Source of the DNA: Chrysemys picta bellii
Taxonomy: Eukaryota
Direction: 5' to 3'
DNA: 64,000 nucleotides
Assembly (NCBI RefSeq): GCF_011386835.1
Contig: NC_088800.1
Location: 86,552,001-86,616,000, forward strand
This document shows, piece by piece, positions 63,201 to 64,000 of the stretch. The notes under the pieces were generated by a model that was not told the DNA's origin, did no database searches, and saw only the letters and a list, made by a program, of their open reading frames with translations. The position numbers were made by a program, and so were the translations under genes. Numbering within the stretch: the stretch's first letter is position 1; the number at the start of each line of letters is the position of its first letter.

Positions 63201-64000
63201 TGTTTCTTCTTCCTTACTCCCTCCAGGCTTAACACTGCTGGCAGGTCCCGGGGAATGGGGCCAGCGTCAGCCCACCTCCGGGATGGACCATTAACCCCTT
63301 CCTGTCCTGGTCTGACCCGTCACAGATGCAGCATTACAGAGGTCACGTCAAGGGCCAGTGAGCTCTGGTGATAAGGGCTAGTACCAGGGAGGGGGGTGAG
63401 GTGGGACGAACTATCTCGGTATGCGAGAGTCCCTGTTCAAAGGGCTGAACACTGCTGGGAGCGGGGCAGAATGACAAACTCACAACACCCACACACTAAC
63501 ATTAAAGCAAAGTAGCTCTCACCGGGATCACACCTGAGTGGTCTGTGAATGTCCCCAGTGACACCACTGGAGCAGTGCTGCCGGTCCCGGAGACACCCAG
63601 GTTCTGGCCTGCAGCAGAGCCCCGTCCCTCCCCTCTGCTGTCCCCCTGGGCCCAGCAGCATTTCTACTCTGCTACCTCTGGAAACTGAGTCACAACCACC
63701 AAGGATGCCAGGCGGACGGTTCCTACCCTGACACTCGTCTAACACACTCCTCCGTTTCCTTGGCCACAGAGGGAGGAGGCAGGTGAGGTCGCAGTCAGAT
63801 CTGGAGGCGGGGAGCCCAGATCGCTCTTCCTGGAAGAGCAGAAATAACTGACTGAACGCGAGACATTTCTGCTGAGAACAATGCTTTGGCCAGATGCACA
63901 GGTCAGTCTGCCCCAGAGACACTCCAGCGCCTGCTGTGTCCGGCAGTGGAGCCGGCTGGCCACCTTATCTCTATGTACACAGGCTCCACTGGTGCAGAAA

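Overview
GC-rich vertebrate genomic DNA, most likely from a turtle (inferred from the repeat types: CR1 LINEs, CORE-SINEs, hAT/Harbinger MITEs and hammerhead-bearing Penelope-like ends). Four spliced genes were reconstructed by hand with consistent splice sites and reading phases. (1) An uncharacterised minus-strand gene (ATG 8928, running off the left edge) encodes a signal peptide, a CUB-like domain, an 877-codon S/T/P/A-rich mucin-like exon and a SEA domain with a GSVV motif. (2) NDUFAB1 (minus, 148 aa). (3) PALB2 (minus, 13 exons, 1335 aa, with a GC-AG intron and a 27-aa C-terminal extension relative to the human protein as recalled). (4) DCTN5 (plus, 182 aa), head-to-head with PALB2 across a 600-bp CpG-island promoter. 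The most notable non-genic signals are minimal type I hammerhead ribozyme cores in Penelope-like retroelement ends (20.0 kb, and an inverted pair inside NDUFAB1 intron 3) and three GC-skewed minisatellites at gene 5' ends. Most long ORFs in the supplied track are GC/repeat artefacts. Comparisons with human genes are from memory and were not checked by any search.
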